Below are positions 21,936-30,406 of a DNA stretch of 64,000 nt, in pieces. The notes beneath the pieces are model-generated. The model saw nothing but the letters and a program-made list of their open reading frames with translations. It made no database searches and was not told where the DNA came from. Numbering within the stretch: position 1 is the stretch's first letter; each line of letters opens with the position of its first letter. The translations under genes and the position numbers were made by a program. The stretch comes from a virus (taxonomy: Duplodnaviria; Caudoviricetes), in IMG/VR virus record IMGVR_UViG_3300020388_000009. One strand, written 5' to 3'.

Positions 21936-23767
21936 TACATTTTCCTTATCATTGCTCGAATTATACCGCCTTCAATATTTGTTTCTAATGATTGAGCAAT
22001 TATTTTTCCAAATAATTGAAGTTCAAATATTTTACTAGGATTGACTGCTTTACCATGTCCTGTGATATTACTAGTAATTATATAATCGCCTTCGTATACT
22101 GGGCCATTTACTAATACAGGTTCTGCTCCTAATATGATTGGAAAATTACTACCAGATGAAACGATACCCATTATTAACGGATCTGCTTCGGCTGTACATG
22201 GCACCATTTGACCGGCTTTTGAGACCAATACAGTACCTGGTTGTAGTTGATCTAATCCTTTGGTTTCTAAATTAATTTCATGTATACCACCAAAAAATGT
22301 ATCTATAGCAAATATTGCTTGCCATTTTTTATCAAATGCTCCTAAATTATGAGAGCCATCGGCAGATGGTATTATATTTTCTCCAACCGCTGAAAAATCT
22401 CCTCCTCCTCCGCCACCACCATAACTACCAGTATAATATACTTGGCCAGTATCTGTATCATACATTAACGTGTTTAATGCAGATGCCGTCGTTGATGCAC
22501 TTATAAATAAATGTCCACTTGCACTTATATTACCTGATGATGTTATGTCACCTAAAGTTTGTAATGAACTTGAAATAACACCTGCAGGCAAATTTAATTT
22601 TATTTGAGCAGAACTTGAAATGGTATTTGCTGGCAGATTTAATTTTATTTGAGCAGAACTTGAAATGGTATTTGCTGGTAGATTTAATTTTACTTGAGCA
22701 GAACTTGATATTACACCTCCGCCAATATTTTCTTGCACTTGCGATGCAGAAATAAATGATTGACCTTGCCAAGAACCTGATATTCCAGCTGGTGTAAAAG
22801 CAGTGCCTGACATGAAATCACTAGAAAGTTGTGCAGAACTTGATATTACACCTCTGAATATACCGACAAAACTGGGTGCGGTTACTATCCCATCAGCAAG
22901 AGTTAAATTACTACCGGTGATGAATACAGAACCTGTAAATTGATGTGTAACGTCAGATGGTATTGATCCAGAACCAAATATAGTTGATCCAGATCTTACA
23001 ACTAACTGATCTTCGAATATCTGCACTCCATTAAATGCAATACTTCCATCTAACCGCGTATCATCAGTTACTAACAATTGTGATGCTGTTACGCGCGATG
23101 ATGATATATTTGTAAACGTTACATCTGTTCTGCTGGCTGATGCTTCAGTTAATGTTATACGAGTCGAAAATGATTCGCTAGCTGATGTTAACGTACTGGC
23201 TGATGCTTCAGTTAAAGTTACACGTGTACTAAATGATTCGCTAGCTGATGTTAACGTACTAGCAGATGCTTCAGTTAAAGTTACACGTGTACTAAATGAT
23301 TCGCTAGCTGATGTTAATGTGCTGGCTGTTGCTTCTGTCAATGTTACACGTGTCGAAAATGAACCACTATCAGTTACCATGCTACTGGCTGATGCTTCAG
23401 TTAATGTTATACGAGTCGAAAATGATTCACTAGCCGATGTTAATGTGCTAGCTGTTGCTTCTGTCGATGTTACACGTGTACTAAATGATTCGCTAGCTGA
23501 TGTTAATGTGCTGGCTGTTGCTTCTGTCAATGTTACACGCGCCGAAAATGAACCACTATCGGTTACCATGCTACTGGCTGATGTTTCAGTTAAAGTTACA
23601 CGTGTAGAAAAAGATGCACTCGTATCATAAAATGCACCTGATATTTGTGTTGATAAAGCAATAGGTATTATAGACCCTGTACCATCAGCAAAATTAACGC
23701 CATCAGTTTGGACTACACGCTGAAAAGTGTCTTTTATATTCTGGCCTGTAAAATTGTCAAGAGCCAT
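21935..23767 (-). CDS. Fibre protein with 21-aa coiled-coil repeats and a probable C-terminal intramolecular-chaperone (peptidase G2-like) domain
   Basis: 610 aa. Repeats SFSTRVTLTEA.ASTLTSASE. C-terminal GTVLV...MGIVS...PVLVNGPV.EGDYIITS...G.G....KIIAQSLE pattern. Confidence 0.65.
   Translation of the reverse strand: MALDNFTGQNIKDTFQRVVQTDGVNFADGTGSIIPIALSTQISGAFYDTSASFSTRVTLTETSASSMVTDSGSFSARVTLTEATASTLTSASESFSTRVTSTEATASTLTSASESFSTRITLTEASASSMVTDSGSFSTRVTLTEATASTLTSASESFSTRVTLTEASASTLTSASESFSTRVTLTEASASTLTSASESFSTRITLTEASASRTDVTFTNISSSRVTASQLLVTDDTRLDGSIAFNGVQIFEDQLVVRSGSTIFGSGSIPSDVTHQFTGSVFITGSNLTLADGIVTAPSFVGIFRGVISSSAQLSSDFMSGTAFTPAGISGSWQGQSFISASQVQENIGGGVISSSAQVKLNLPANTISSSAQIKLNLPANTISSSAQIKLNLPAGVISSSLQTLGDITSSGNISASGHLFISASTTASALNTLMYDTDTGQVYYTGSYGGGGGGGDFSAVGENIIPSADGSHNLGAFDKKWQAIFAIDTFFGGIHEINLETKGLDQLQPGTVLVSKAGQMVPCTAEADPLIMGIVSSGSNFPIILGAEPVLVNGPVYEGDYIITSNITGHGKAVNPSKIFELQLFGKIIAQSLETNIEGGIIRAMIRKM
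22568..22716. repeat. 45-bp tandem repeat x~3 (ISSSAQIKLNLPANT)
   Basis: Near-identical units tttgagcagaacttgaaatggtatttgctgg.agatttaatttta. Confidence 0.9.
23132..23615. repeat. 63-bp tandem repeat x~8 (21 aa = 3 heptads)
   Basis: Units such as aatgattcgctagctgatgttaa.gt.ct.gc.g.tgcttc.gt.aa.gttacacgtgt. Confidence 0.9.
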
Positions 23768-23777
23768 TTATATAACC

Positions 23778-24338
23778 TTATTTTTTATATAAACCTTTGA
23801 GAACTCCTTTAATAACTTCTCGTCGTTTGGTTTCTGTTAGCGGTTTATATTTTGTATATGTTGCAACTATTTTATTTATTCTATCTTTTTTAACACTTAA
23901 ATTATTAATATCAATATTTTCACGCACTAATAATTTTAATATATTTTTAACATGACTAACTTCTTGTTCTGTAATTTGTTGTTTAACGTTACTGACCTGA
24001 ACTTTATTTTCTTGTATTACCGGTTGCTTTTGAGATCGAACTTCTACAGTTACTTGTTTACTAGCCTGTATATCAAATTCAGATTTCCATGGCGTAAAAT
24101 ATGTATCCTCGGCAATTACTTCTAAACGAATATTACCTTTAGAGGATTCATCAATTAATCCTTTCAATTTACGTATAGGAATTTCACATTTACCTGATTC
24201 GGAAATTTTTCCATTAAACATTAAACTGTAATCTGATGTTTCTACTACTAACCTAGCAGTTGATTTTTTTAGACTCGCGCCTTCTATTTTGATATCACAT
24301 TCAAATAGTTCTGGTTTATCCGTGTATAATTTATACAT
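23778..24338 (-). CDS. Hypothetical structural-region protein
   Basis: 186 aa. GGAG upstream and 8-nt overlap with the upstream gene. Several [ILV]-x-E sites in the C-terminal half. Confidence 0.7.
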   Translation of the reverse strand: MYKLYTDKPELFECDIKIEGASLKKSTARLVVETSDYSLMFNGKISESGKCEIPIRKLKGLIDESSKGNIRLEVIAEDTYFTPWKSEFDIQASKQVTVEVRSQKQPVIQENKVQVSNVKQQITEQEVSHVKNILKLLVRENIDINNLSVKKDRINKIVATYTKYKPLTETKRREVIKGVLKGLYKK

Positions 24339-24654
24339 GTATATTCTCCACTGTTAAATCAATTCCTAATACTTCTTTTACTACTAATTCACAATCTTCG
24401 GCAGTTACTTTAATATCATCTCTAATGGTTTTTTGTCCAGAATATGTTTCAATTCCTTTAACTTTGCATATCAATTTTATAAATCGCTTCTTTTTTTCTG
24501 GATCTAATTGATTAACATTATATGCAATTTCATCACCAGTCGCGGCTCCCACTTCCAATATAAGGAATACATCATCCCATTTATATGGATTTTCACCCCA
24601 TGTACTTATACCGGTTATTGATCTTACATTATCCCATCGTAAATTAATTGCCAT
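24331..24654 (-). CDS. Hypothetical protein
   Basis: 107 aa. Late motif only 6 nt upstream of the ATG. Confidence 0.7.
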   Translation of the reverse strand: MAINLRWDNVRSITGISTWGENPYKWDDVFLILEVGAATGDEIAYNVNQLDPEKKKRFIKLICKVKGIETYSGQKTIRDDIKVTAEDCELVVKEVLGIDLTVENIHV

Positions 24655-24672
24655 TTTATATAAATATGCTCA

Positions 24673-25338
24673 TTAATGATAACCATTCAATAATTCTAAT
24701 AAATCATCAATTGCGCCATGTCTATGAGAATCTTCCAATACAGTTTTAAATACATACTTTGAATTAGTTAGTTTAGACATATCATGATAAGCAGAATAAT
24801 TTTTATCTTTAAGATCTATTTGATATGAATCTCCGCAAAAAATCATTTTAGAATCTTTGCCTAATCGACCAATTGCCATGGCGAGTTGAGATCTGGTTAA
24901 ATTTTGAAATTCATCTACAATAACTACCGCATTATCAAAAGTACGTCCACGAAAATGTGCTAATGAACATAATTCGATTGATTCACTTTTTTCCATGGAT
25001 TCTAATTTATCTGGTTTATTATATACCTTTCGCATATTTGAACGGATAGGAACGAGCCATGGCTCCATCTTTTCTTTTTCAGATCCTGGTAAAAATCCGT
25101 TATCTTCTGTAGCAATTGTAGGCCTAGTAATTACTATTTTATTATATTGGCGTTTAAAAAATTGATCCAATGCTACTTGTACTGCTAATAACGTTTTACC
25201 AGATCCTGCTTTACCGACAATAAAATTGAACGGATGTTCTAAAATTTGCATTTTTGCTGCTTTTTGTTCTGGTGATAATGATAATGAAAACCGAACTGCA
25301 CCTTTTGGTGGAGTTTTTTCTGTATTTGCTTTTGCCAT
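24673..25338 (-). CDS. phoH: PhoH-family ATPase
   Basis: GKAGSGKT, ITRP, GFLPGS.KEKMEPW, FRGRTFDNAVVIVDEFQN, GDSYQIDL and SHRH motifs. Confidence 0.95.
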   Translation of the reverse strand: MAKANTEKTPPKGAVRFSLSLSPEQKAAKMQILEHPFNFIVGKAGSGKTLLAVQVALDQFFKRQYNKIVITRPTIATEDNGFLPGSEKEKMEPWLVPIRSNMRKVYNKPDKLESMEKSESIELCSLAHFRGRTFDNAVVIVDEFQNLTRSQLAMAIGRLGKDSKMIFCGDSYQIDLKDKNYSAYHDMSKLTNSKYVFKTVLEDSHRHGAIDDLLELLNGYH

Positions 25339-25382
25339 CTCGTGACCCCTTTAGTTAACTATTTTATATAAATATGTAACAG

Positions 25383-25412
25383 TGAAAGAGCCGGCTATAA
25401 ACCGACTCTCAC
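25383..25412 (-). terminator. Probable intrinsic terminator after the AAA ATPase gene
   Basis: Minus strand gagtcggtt-tat-agccggctc stem with G-U pairs, followed by tttcact. Confidence 0.55.
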
Positions 25413-25421
25413 AACAACACA

Positions 25422-26195
25422 CTAACAACCCATTACTTGTTCCGCCACCATTTGTCTCCAATTTGGAAATCCCATTTGACGAATTCTAATTGCTTTAATT
25501 AATGATCGGAAATTTAATTCAACGGCATCAAACTTTTTAAATGCAGATTTCAATGCACTTAAAGCTTCTTTTTTAATTTTCATGTCTTTAATTTCTGGTT
25601 CAATTACCGGAAGTAAATCAGTCATTCTTTTTAACATTTGATTTGGAGTTAATGTTATATCCAATACAAATGCACGACTACGAATTGCACTATCTACTTT
25701 TTGAATTGGTAAATTAGATATAAAAATTATCTTACCAGTAAAATCAAATGATCTAGGAAGAGCATCACCATCTCTATCTTTAAGAGGTTTAGCTGACATC
25801 CAACTAATAACTCGTTTATCGTAACTATCTAAAGCTCCTTTTAATAAGTTAACACCATCTGAATCTTTAAATACTGAATCGCAGTCATCAAATATAATTA
25901 ATTTATCGCTATTTTCAAATAATGTAATAAACATACCTGCTGCAGTACAACGACCTTTTACATGTACAAAATCAATACCTTCTTCAAATCCTACTTCATC
26001 TAATGTTCTTGTAATATTAAATGTCTTTCCTAATCCAGGCATGCCGGTAACAACTAACGATGGAGAAACTCCAGCCGCTACCATTTTTGTCAAGTTATTC
26101 ATATCATCAAACATTGCTGAAGGACGTTTCTTTTCTTGGAAAGTTTTAAAATTCATTTTCATGTTTTTGGTTTTTTGGTTTTTAGCTATACGCAT
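25422..26195 (-). CDS. Phage AAA+/P-loop ATPase of unknown function
   Basis: Walker A GMPGLGKT, Walker B LIIFDDCD, IIFISN sensor and AIRSR arginine finger. The true start may be 11-13 codons downstream. Confidence 0.8.
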   Translation of the reverse strand: MRIAKNQKTKNMKMNFKTFQEKKRPSAMFDDMNNLTKMVAAGVSPSLVVTGMPGLGKTFNITRTLDEVGFEEGIDFVHVKGRCTAAGMFITLFENSDKLIIFDDCDSVFKDSDGVNLLKGALDSYDKRVISWMSAKPLKDRDGDALPRSFDFTGKIIFISNLPIQKVDSAIRSRAFVLDITLTPNQMLKRMTDLLPVIEPEIKDMKIKKEALSALKSAFKKFDAVELNFRSLIKAIRIRQMGFPNWRQMVAEQVMGC

Positions 26196-26221
26196 ATCTC
26201 TATCTTTTAATTACTTATAAT

Positions 26222-26253
26222 TAAAGATAAGGAAAAGATCTCACGCTACCAAA
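26222..26253 (-). promoter_or_regulatory. Bacteroidota sigmaA-type promoter (TTTG-N20-TATCTTTA)
   Basis: Matches the -33 TTTG / -7 TAnnTTTG consensus with one mismatch and a 20-nt spacer, immediately downstream of the capsid terminator. Confidence 0.7.
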
Positions 26254-26282
26254 TCTTTTGGCAGCTTTTTTTAAAAAAGTTC

Positions 26283-26313
26283 AAAAAAAAACCCTCCATG
26301 GTAGGAGGGCTTT
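26283..26313 (-). terminator. Intrinsic terminator after major capsid gene
   Basis: Minus strand gccctcc-taccat-ggagggt followed by a run of T. Confidence 0.9.
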
Positions 26314-26335
26314 AATATAAAAATAATTTTAAATA

Positions 26336-28072
26336 CTATATAGTATCTAAGCCATGAACTAATACTTTACCGTAGAATTCAGGACGAACTATTTTCTTAG
26401 CATAACGAGTCATAACACCTTTTCTTGGAGTAAAGTTGTCTGGATCGTATACCAATGGAGTCATAATTAATGGAATGTATGGAGAATATACAGCACCTGT
26501 TTCTAGGAACTGAGATCCACGATATCCCATTAAAATAGAATTTTCAGTCATATATGGATTCTTATAAACTTGGAATCTAGAATTAATAGATCCAACTTTT
26601 TGAACACCCATTGCAAACTGCATTTTATCACCATCTGTATCAGCAGCATATCCTGGAATAGATTCTAGGATAGTCGCAACAGTTGGAGAACATACAAGGA
26701 AGTTAGCTCCACCTCTTAAAGTTAATTGGTGAATTTTGTTCGAAACTTTTTGTATTTTAGTACCTAAAGTTTGGAACCATGTTCCTTGGTTATATGCTTG
26801 AGCTGCAGAATTTCCGGCATTAAATCCACCAACGGCTGCATTATACTCATAACCTACTTTCGCAGACCATCTTTCAACAGTTTGAGCATTTTCTTGTAAC
26901 ATGCCTAAAATTTCTAAATCAATTTCTTGCGAAACGTATTCAGATAACATGCTAGTCAATTCTGCTTCAGCATCAATTGAATGATATGCATTTAAATCTT
27001 GGGCAAATTCTGGAGTCCATACTGCCTTCAACTTACGTGTCTTTGCAACAATGGCTTCAGATCTCATTTCAAGATTAATTTCTGGAATATTTAAAGAAGT
27101 GGAGCCGTTCATGTCTTCGTTAGGAGCTTGATCTTCGTAGTCACCTCTAGTAATATCAGATGGTTGTAACGCAAATGATACTTTAAATGCAGATGTCGCT
27201 TTGATATCTGCATCTTTCTTAATTAAGAATTCAATATGCGAACCGTTAGCAGTTGTTCTAGTAAATTCTGGATAGAATGCATTTGATCCAGACAAGTTAA
27301 ATGAACGAACAGCTTCTTGATCATAACGAGCAGCTACAGATGCATCTGAATGTAATGATTTAGAAGGTACTGATAAAATAACATGATTATCACCATGTAC
27401 AGATGCAGAAAACTCAGAATTAAAGTTTGTAAAGATACCTAACTCTGTAGCAGTCATTGCATCACCTGCTGATGCAGCAGTAGATGTAAATAAACCAGTA
27501 GTTGCAGATATAGAACCAGTTCTTGCAGTAGTAATTCCAGATTCACCTAATGTAACAGAAGCACCTTCCACCATATTAACTGAATATCCAAAACGACCTG
27601 GGCCATAAAGACCTTCAGTTCCTGGTGTTCCTTTACGAGCATCAGTGATACCAAATACAGAATCAGATTGAGCATCTTTTCCTTGACCAGTCAAGAAATC
27701 ATTTCCACCTGCTTGGTCAATTTGATTAACCGCAGTACCATATTTAAAGTCTAAGTAAAATACTAGACCAGATGGTAAGTTCATTGGTTGTACAGAAACA
27801 AAGTCTTTAGCAGCAATTTCAGCAAAAATTCTACGAACTAATGGAAGAGCTACCCCTGACCATTCTTCTGAATTTGAGTTTCCACCTGTCGCAGATGCTT
27901 CTGTTACCAATTGCTTGGCTTGGTTCTCTAAAAGAACGGCCATGCCTTTTCTTTCAACCTCTGATGATAATCCTTCCAATAAACCAGTCCTTTCCCACTT
28001 ACGTTCAAGTGCGATAGCAGCTGCATTTTGATTGGCACGACCATCTTGAGGCAATAATGAATTTATATTCAT
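26336..28072 (-). CDS. gp23: Major capsid protein (T4 gp23-like)
   Basis: LPLVRR, VSVQPMNLPSGLVFYL, AKTRKLKAVWTPEFAQDL.AYHSIDAEAELTSMLS, YSPYIPL and F.PRKGVMTRYA motifs. Confidence 0.97.
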   Translation of the reverse strand: MNINSLLPQDGRANQNAAAIALERKWERTGLLEGLSSEVERKGMAVLLENQAKQLVTEASATGGNSNSEEWSGVALPLVRRIFAEIAAKDFVSVQPMNLPSGLVFYLDFKYGTAVNQIDQAGGNDFLTGQGKDAQSDSVFGITDARKGTPGTEGLYGPGRFGYSVNMVEGASVTLGESGITTARTGSISATTGLFTSTAASAGDAMTATELGIFTNFNSEFSASVHGDNHVILSVPSKSLHSDASVAARYDQEAVRSFNLSGSNAFYPEFTRTTANGSHIEFLIKKDADIKATSAFKVSFALQPSDITRGDYEDQAPNEDMNGSTSLNIPEINLEMRSEAIVAKTRKLKAVWTPEFAQDLNAYHSIDAEAELTSMLSEYVSQEIDLEILGMLQENAQTVERWSAKVGYEYNAAVGGFNAGNSAAQAYNQGTWFQTLGTKIQKVSNKIHQLTLRGGANFLVCSPTVATILESIPGYAADTDGDKMQFAMGVQKVGSINSRFQVYKNPYMTENSILMGYRGSQFLETGAVYSPYIPLIMTPLVYDPDNFTPRKGVMTRYAKKIVRPEFYGKVLVHGLDTI

Positions 28073-28085
28073 TTTCTTTTCCTTT

Positions 28086-28991
28086 TTACAGATTAGCTAA
28101 TTTTTTCCATCTAGCAGATAATGCAGTACCTTCAGAAATCACTTTCTTTGGAGCTGTTGACCGACTAGGTGTAGAAGCATAGCTTTCTTTGATTGATCTT
28201 TTTGTTTTACCATTCAAGTTAAACGATTCAGATAATGTAGCATAAACTAATTTTACTTCACGAATAGATGAAGCGCGATCAAAGTTTTCAATTACTTTCA
28301 TTTTCTGAGATTCATTCATTGAATGATTTTTAAACAATTTGTTTGAGAATAATAATTTTGCATTAAGAAGATTAACTTCATTAATTTTACCTTTCAAGAA
28401 TCGAATAACGTTGTAAGCTTCTTCTAAGTCTTTTTTAGATTCGCCTTCATCTTCTTTAGCTTCTTCCACAGGGGTTTCATCTGCTTCATCTTCTTCTCTT
28501 AAAGCATTAATAATTTCATCAATAGAAATATCTTCATCTACTTCATCGCCGCGGCCTTCTTCAGCCACAGGAGCATCATCTTCACCTTCTGCATTTTCTG
28601 CAACTGGTTCTTCAGAAGCTGGTTCTTCTTCTTCATGAATTTCAGATTCTAATTCTTTGATAATCGCTTCTAATTCTAGATCTTCATCTTCAGCTACCGG
28701 CTCATCTTCAGGTGCCATTTCTTCAGAATGAACATCCATTGGATCTTCATCTGCATCCATGATACCTCTGCCTTCAGCTGCTACTGGCTCTTCCACCGGT
28801 GGTTCTTCAGCTACTGGTTCAGCTTCTAATTCTGGTTCATCTAAACCTTCTTCTTCAGCTAATTTAGCAGATAACATTGATTGTAATCTAGGAGTAAAAG
28901 CTTCTTCTAATGCAATTTTAGCATTAGCAAGTGCAGTTTCTCTTACGGCTTTCGCGTCTGCAATTGCTTCTTTTAATAAATCATTTGCCAT
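28086..28991 (-). CDS. Prohead scaffold/core protein (gp22 equivalent)
   Basis: 301 aa, very acidic, immediately upstream of the capsid gene. Many [LIV]-x-E sites. Ends RWKKLANL. Confidence 0.8.
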   Translation of the reverse strand: MANDLLKEAIADAKAVRETALANAKIALEEAFTPRLQSMLSAKLAEEEGLDEPELEAEPVAEEPPVEEPVAAEGRGIMDADEDPMDVHSEEMAPEDEPVAEDEDLELEAIIKELESEIHEEEEPASEEPVAENAEGEDDAPVAEEGRGDEVDEDISIDEIINALREEDEADETPVEEAKEDEGESKKDLEEAYNVIRFLKGKINEVNLLNAKLLFSNKLFKNHSMNESQKMKVIENFDRASSIREVKLVYATLSESFNLNGKTKRSIKESYASTPSRSTAPKKVISEGTALSARWKKLANL

Positions 28992-29121
28992 GATTTTTCC
29001 TCTTATTTAATTTGGAAATAAGGCTATTAAGAGCCTCAATAGGAAGTACTAATGTACTTATTTAGATAGAATTCGAGTGACCGATTATTAAAATACGGTA
29101 TCGTTAACATTTATATATATG
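28992..29121 (-). promoter_or_regulatory. Structured 5' leader of scaffold-capsid operon
   Basis: Late-motif variant at ~29114-29120, then hairpins at 29080-29099, 29044-29059, 29021-29036 and 29002-29022. Confidence 0.55.
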
Positions 29122-29153
29122 CAGTAATTTACAAAAACATTCGTTTAAAACGT

Positions 29154-29180
29154 AAAAAAGTGCCAAAAGGCACAATTTTT
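29154..29180 (-). terminator. Intrinsic terminator after bS21
   Basis: Minus strand gtgcc-tttt-ggcac followed by tttttt. Confidence 0.8.
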
Positions 29181-29430
29181 ACTGATTCTGGTCATCTAAC
29201 CATTGATAATACTTGGCTCGATCAACCTCCTCTTTTCGTTTTTGACCTTTTGATTTAAATTCTTTACGGTCTTTTAATTCTTGAATCTTCCCAGATTCTT
29301 TTAATTCTCTTTTAAAAGCTTTTAATGCTGAGTTTATATCACCTTTTGGATATTGTTTTGTTGATAAAACTTTAACAGCTACACCTGCACCAGGTATAAT
29401 ACTTTTGAAATGTTTACTTTGTTTACTCAT
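29179..29430 (-). CDS. rpsU: Phage-encoded ribosomal protein bS21
   Basis: 83 aa, basic. V.V....DINSALKAFKR..KESG.IQELK.RKEF.S....RKEE..RA fits the bS21 pattern. Confidence 0.88.
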   Translation of the reverse strand: MSKQSKHFKSIIPGAGVAVKVLSTKQYPKGDINSALKAFKRELKESGKIQELKDRKEFKSKGQKRKEEVDRAKYYQWLDDQNQ

Positions 29431-29458
29431 GTAACTTATTTTATTTTAATATTAATTG

Positions 29459-29490
29459 ATAATATAACAAATATATTTCAAACGTCCTAA
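29459..29490 (-). promoter_or_regulatory. Host-type promoter of bS21 (TTAG-N20-TATATTAT)
   Basis: Same geometry (20-nt spacer) as the promoters at 26222, 36546 and 51991. Confidence 0.55.
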
Positions 29491-29900
29491 TCTTCTGATA
29501 AAGATTCACCTATCTTATAATAACGATTTAAAACAGTACCCATATCTTCATATGCCGATTCTAAACGTTGTTGCATTGAACTCATCTCTGTTGCAGTTTT
29601 TTCAAAAACTTTATAAGCTTCATTCATTTGTTTCATATGTCTAGAAGTAGTAACATTATCAAACCAATGTTCAGTTTCTGATAAAGTCATCTTTTCTGCC
29701 CGTTCTACCACGCTTTTTAGAGTCTCTGCAACTTCTTTTAATCTACCCGAACCATATACCATCTCACCTAACTTATGAAAATTACCGACTGCTTCAAGAA
29801 ACTCATTACGTTCTTCTTTTGTCATTTTTTCATCATCTGTTTCTCCTAAATATTTTTCATTTAAGATATGCTTCATTAATTTGTTTTCGTATTTGTTCAT
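29487..29900 (-). CDS. Hypothetical head-region protein
   Basis: 137 aa, helical and charged. AGGAG upstream. [LI]-x-E sites. Confidence 0.75.
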   Translation of the reverse strand: MNKYENKLMKHILNEKYLGETDDEKMTKEERNEFLEAVGNFHKLGEMVYGSGRLKEVAETLKSVVERAEKMTLSETEHWFDNVTTSRHMKQMNEAYKVFEKTATEMSSMQQRLESAYEDMGTVLNRYYKIGESLSED

Positions 29901-30202
29901 TATATATCTCCTATATCTGCAGAAAAAGTATCTTGTTTAGCTAAATTTTGTTTCCGATCTAACATTTTTCCCATTGCAGCAACTTGCTTTTCTGCTCCTT
30001 GCAAATATCTAGCAACTTGATTTTGTAATTGTTGATATTGAGGATCACCAGTTTCTTCATCTTTAGCTTCTAATGCAGTTACTATTTCTTTTTGAAAATC
30101 TTCCATTGCTGTGAGTAGTCCATTTGTTTGTTCAATAAAGTATGCATAATCAACTGGTTCTGATTGTTCCTTTAATAATTTACTTAATTTTATCCTACTC
30201 AT
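29900..30202 (-). CDS. Hypothetical head-region protein (start revised to 30202)
   Basis: MSRIKLSKLLKEQ... has GGAG upstream and removes the long overlap with 30195..30404. Confidence 0.7.
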   Translation of the reverse strand: MSRIKLSKLLKEQSEPVDYAYFIEQTNGLLTAMEDFQKEIVTALEAKDEETGDPQYQQLQNQVARYLQGAEKQVAAMGKMLDRKQNLAKQDTFSADIGDI

Positions 30203-30404
30203 AACTTCTCTCCGCTGGTATATTTCCGAACACGTCCGGTCCAGATGGTTTAGTTCCATTTTTTGATTTACTAGCATATTTACTACGACCATCCTCTAAC
30301 CCTGATGTTCCTTCATTTGCCAATGTATCAAATACTTCGCCAGTACCTTTTGATCCTTTTTTATTATAAGGACCGTATTGTGATTGTAAATCTTCTAATG
30401 CCAT
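30195..30404 (-). CDS. Hypothetical small virion protein
   Basis: 69 aa. GGAG upstream, tightly packed. Confidence 0.65.
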   Translation of the reverse strand: MALEDLQSQYGPYNKKGSKGTGEVFDTLANEGTSGLEDGRSKYASKSKNGTKPSGPDVFGNIPAERSYE

Positions 30405-30406
30405 AA

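Noticed and set aside
22568-23615. Tandem repeats as a possible CRISPR array
   Set aside because: Units are contiguous multiples of 3 inside an ORF, with no unique spacers and no cas genes.
30203-30292. ORF-track 5' extension of the 130-aa ORF
   Set aside because: It overlaps the 69-aa gene by about 98 nt, and the ATG at 30202 has a GGAG upstream and gives a normal short overlap.
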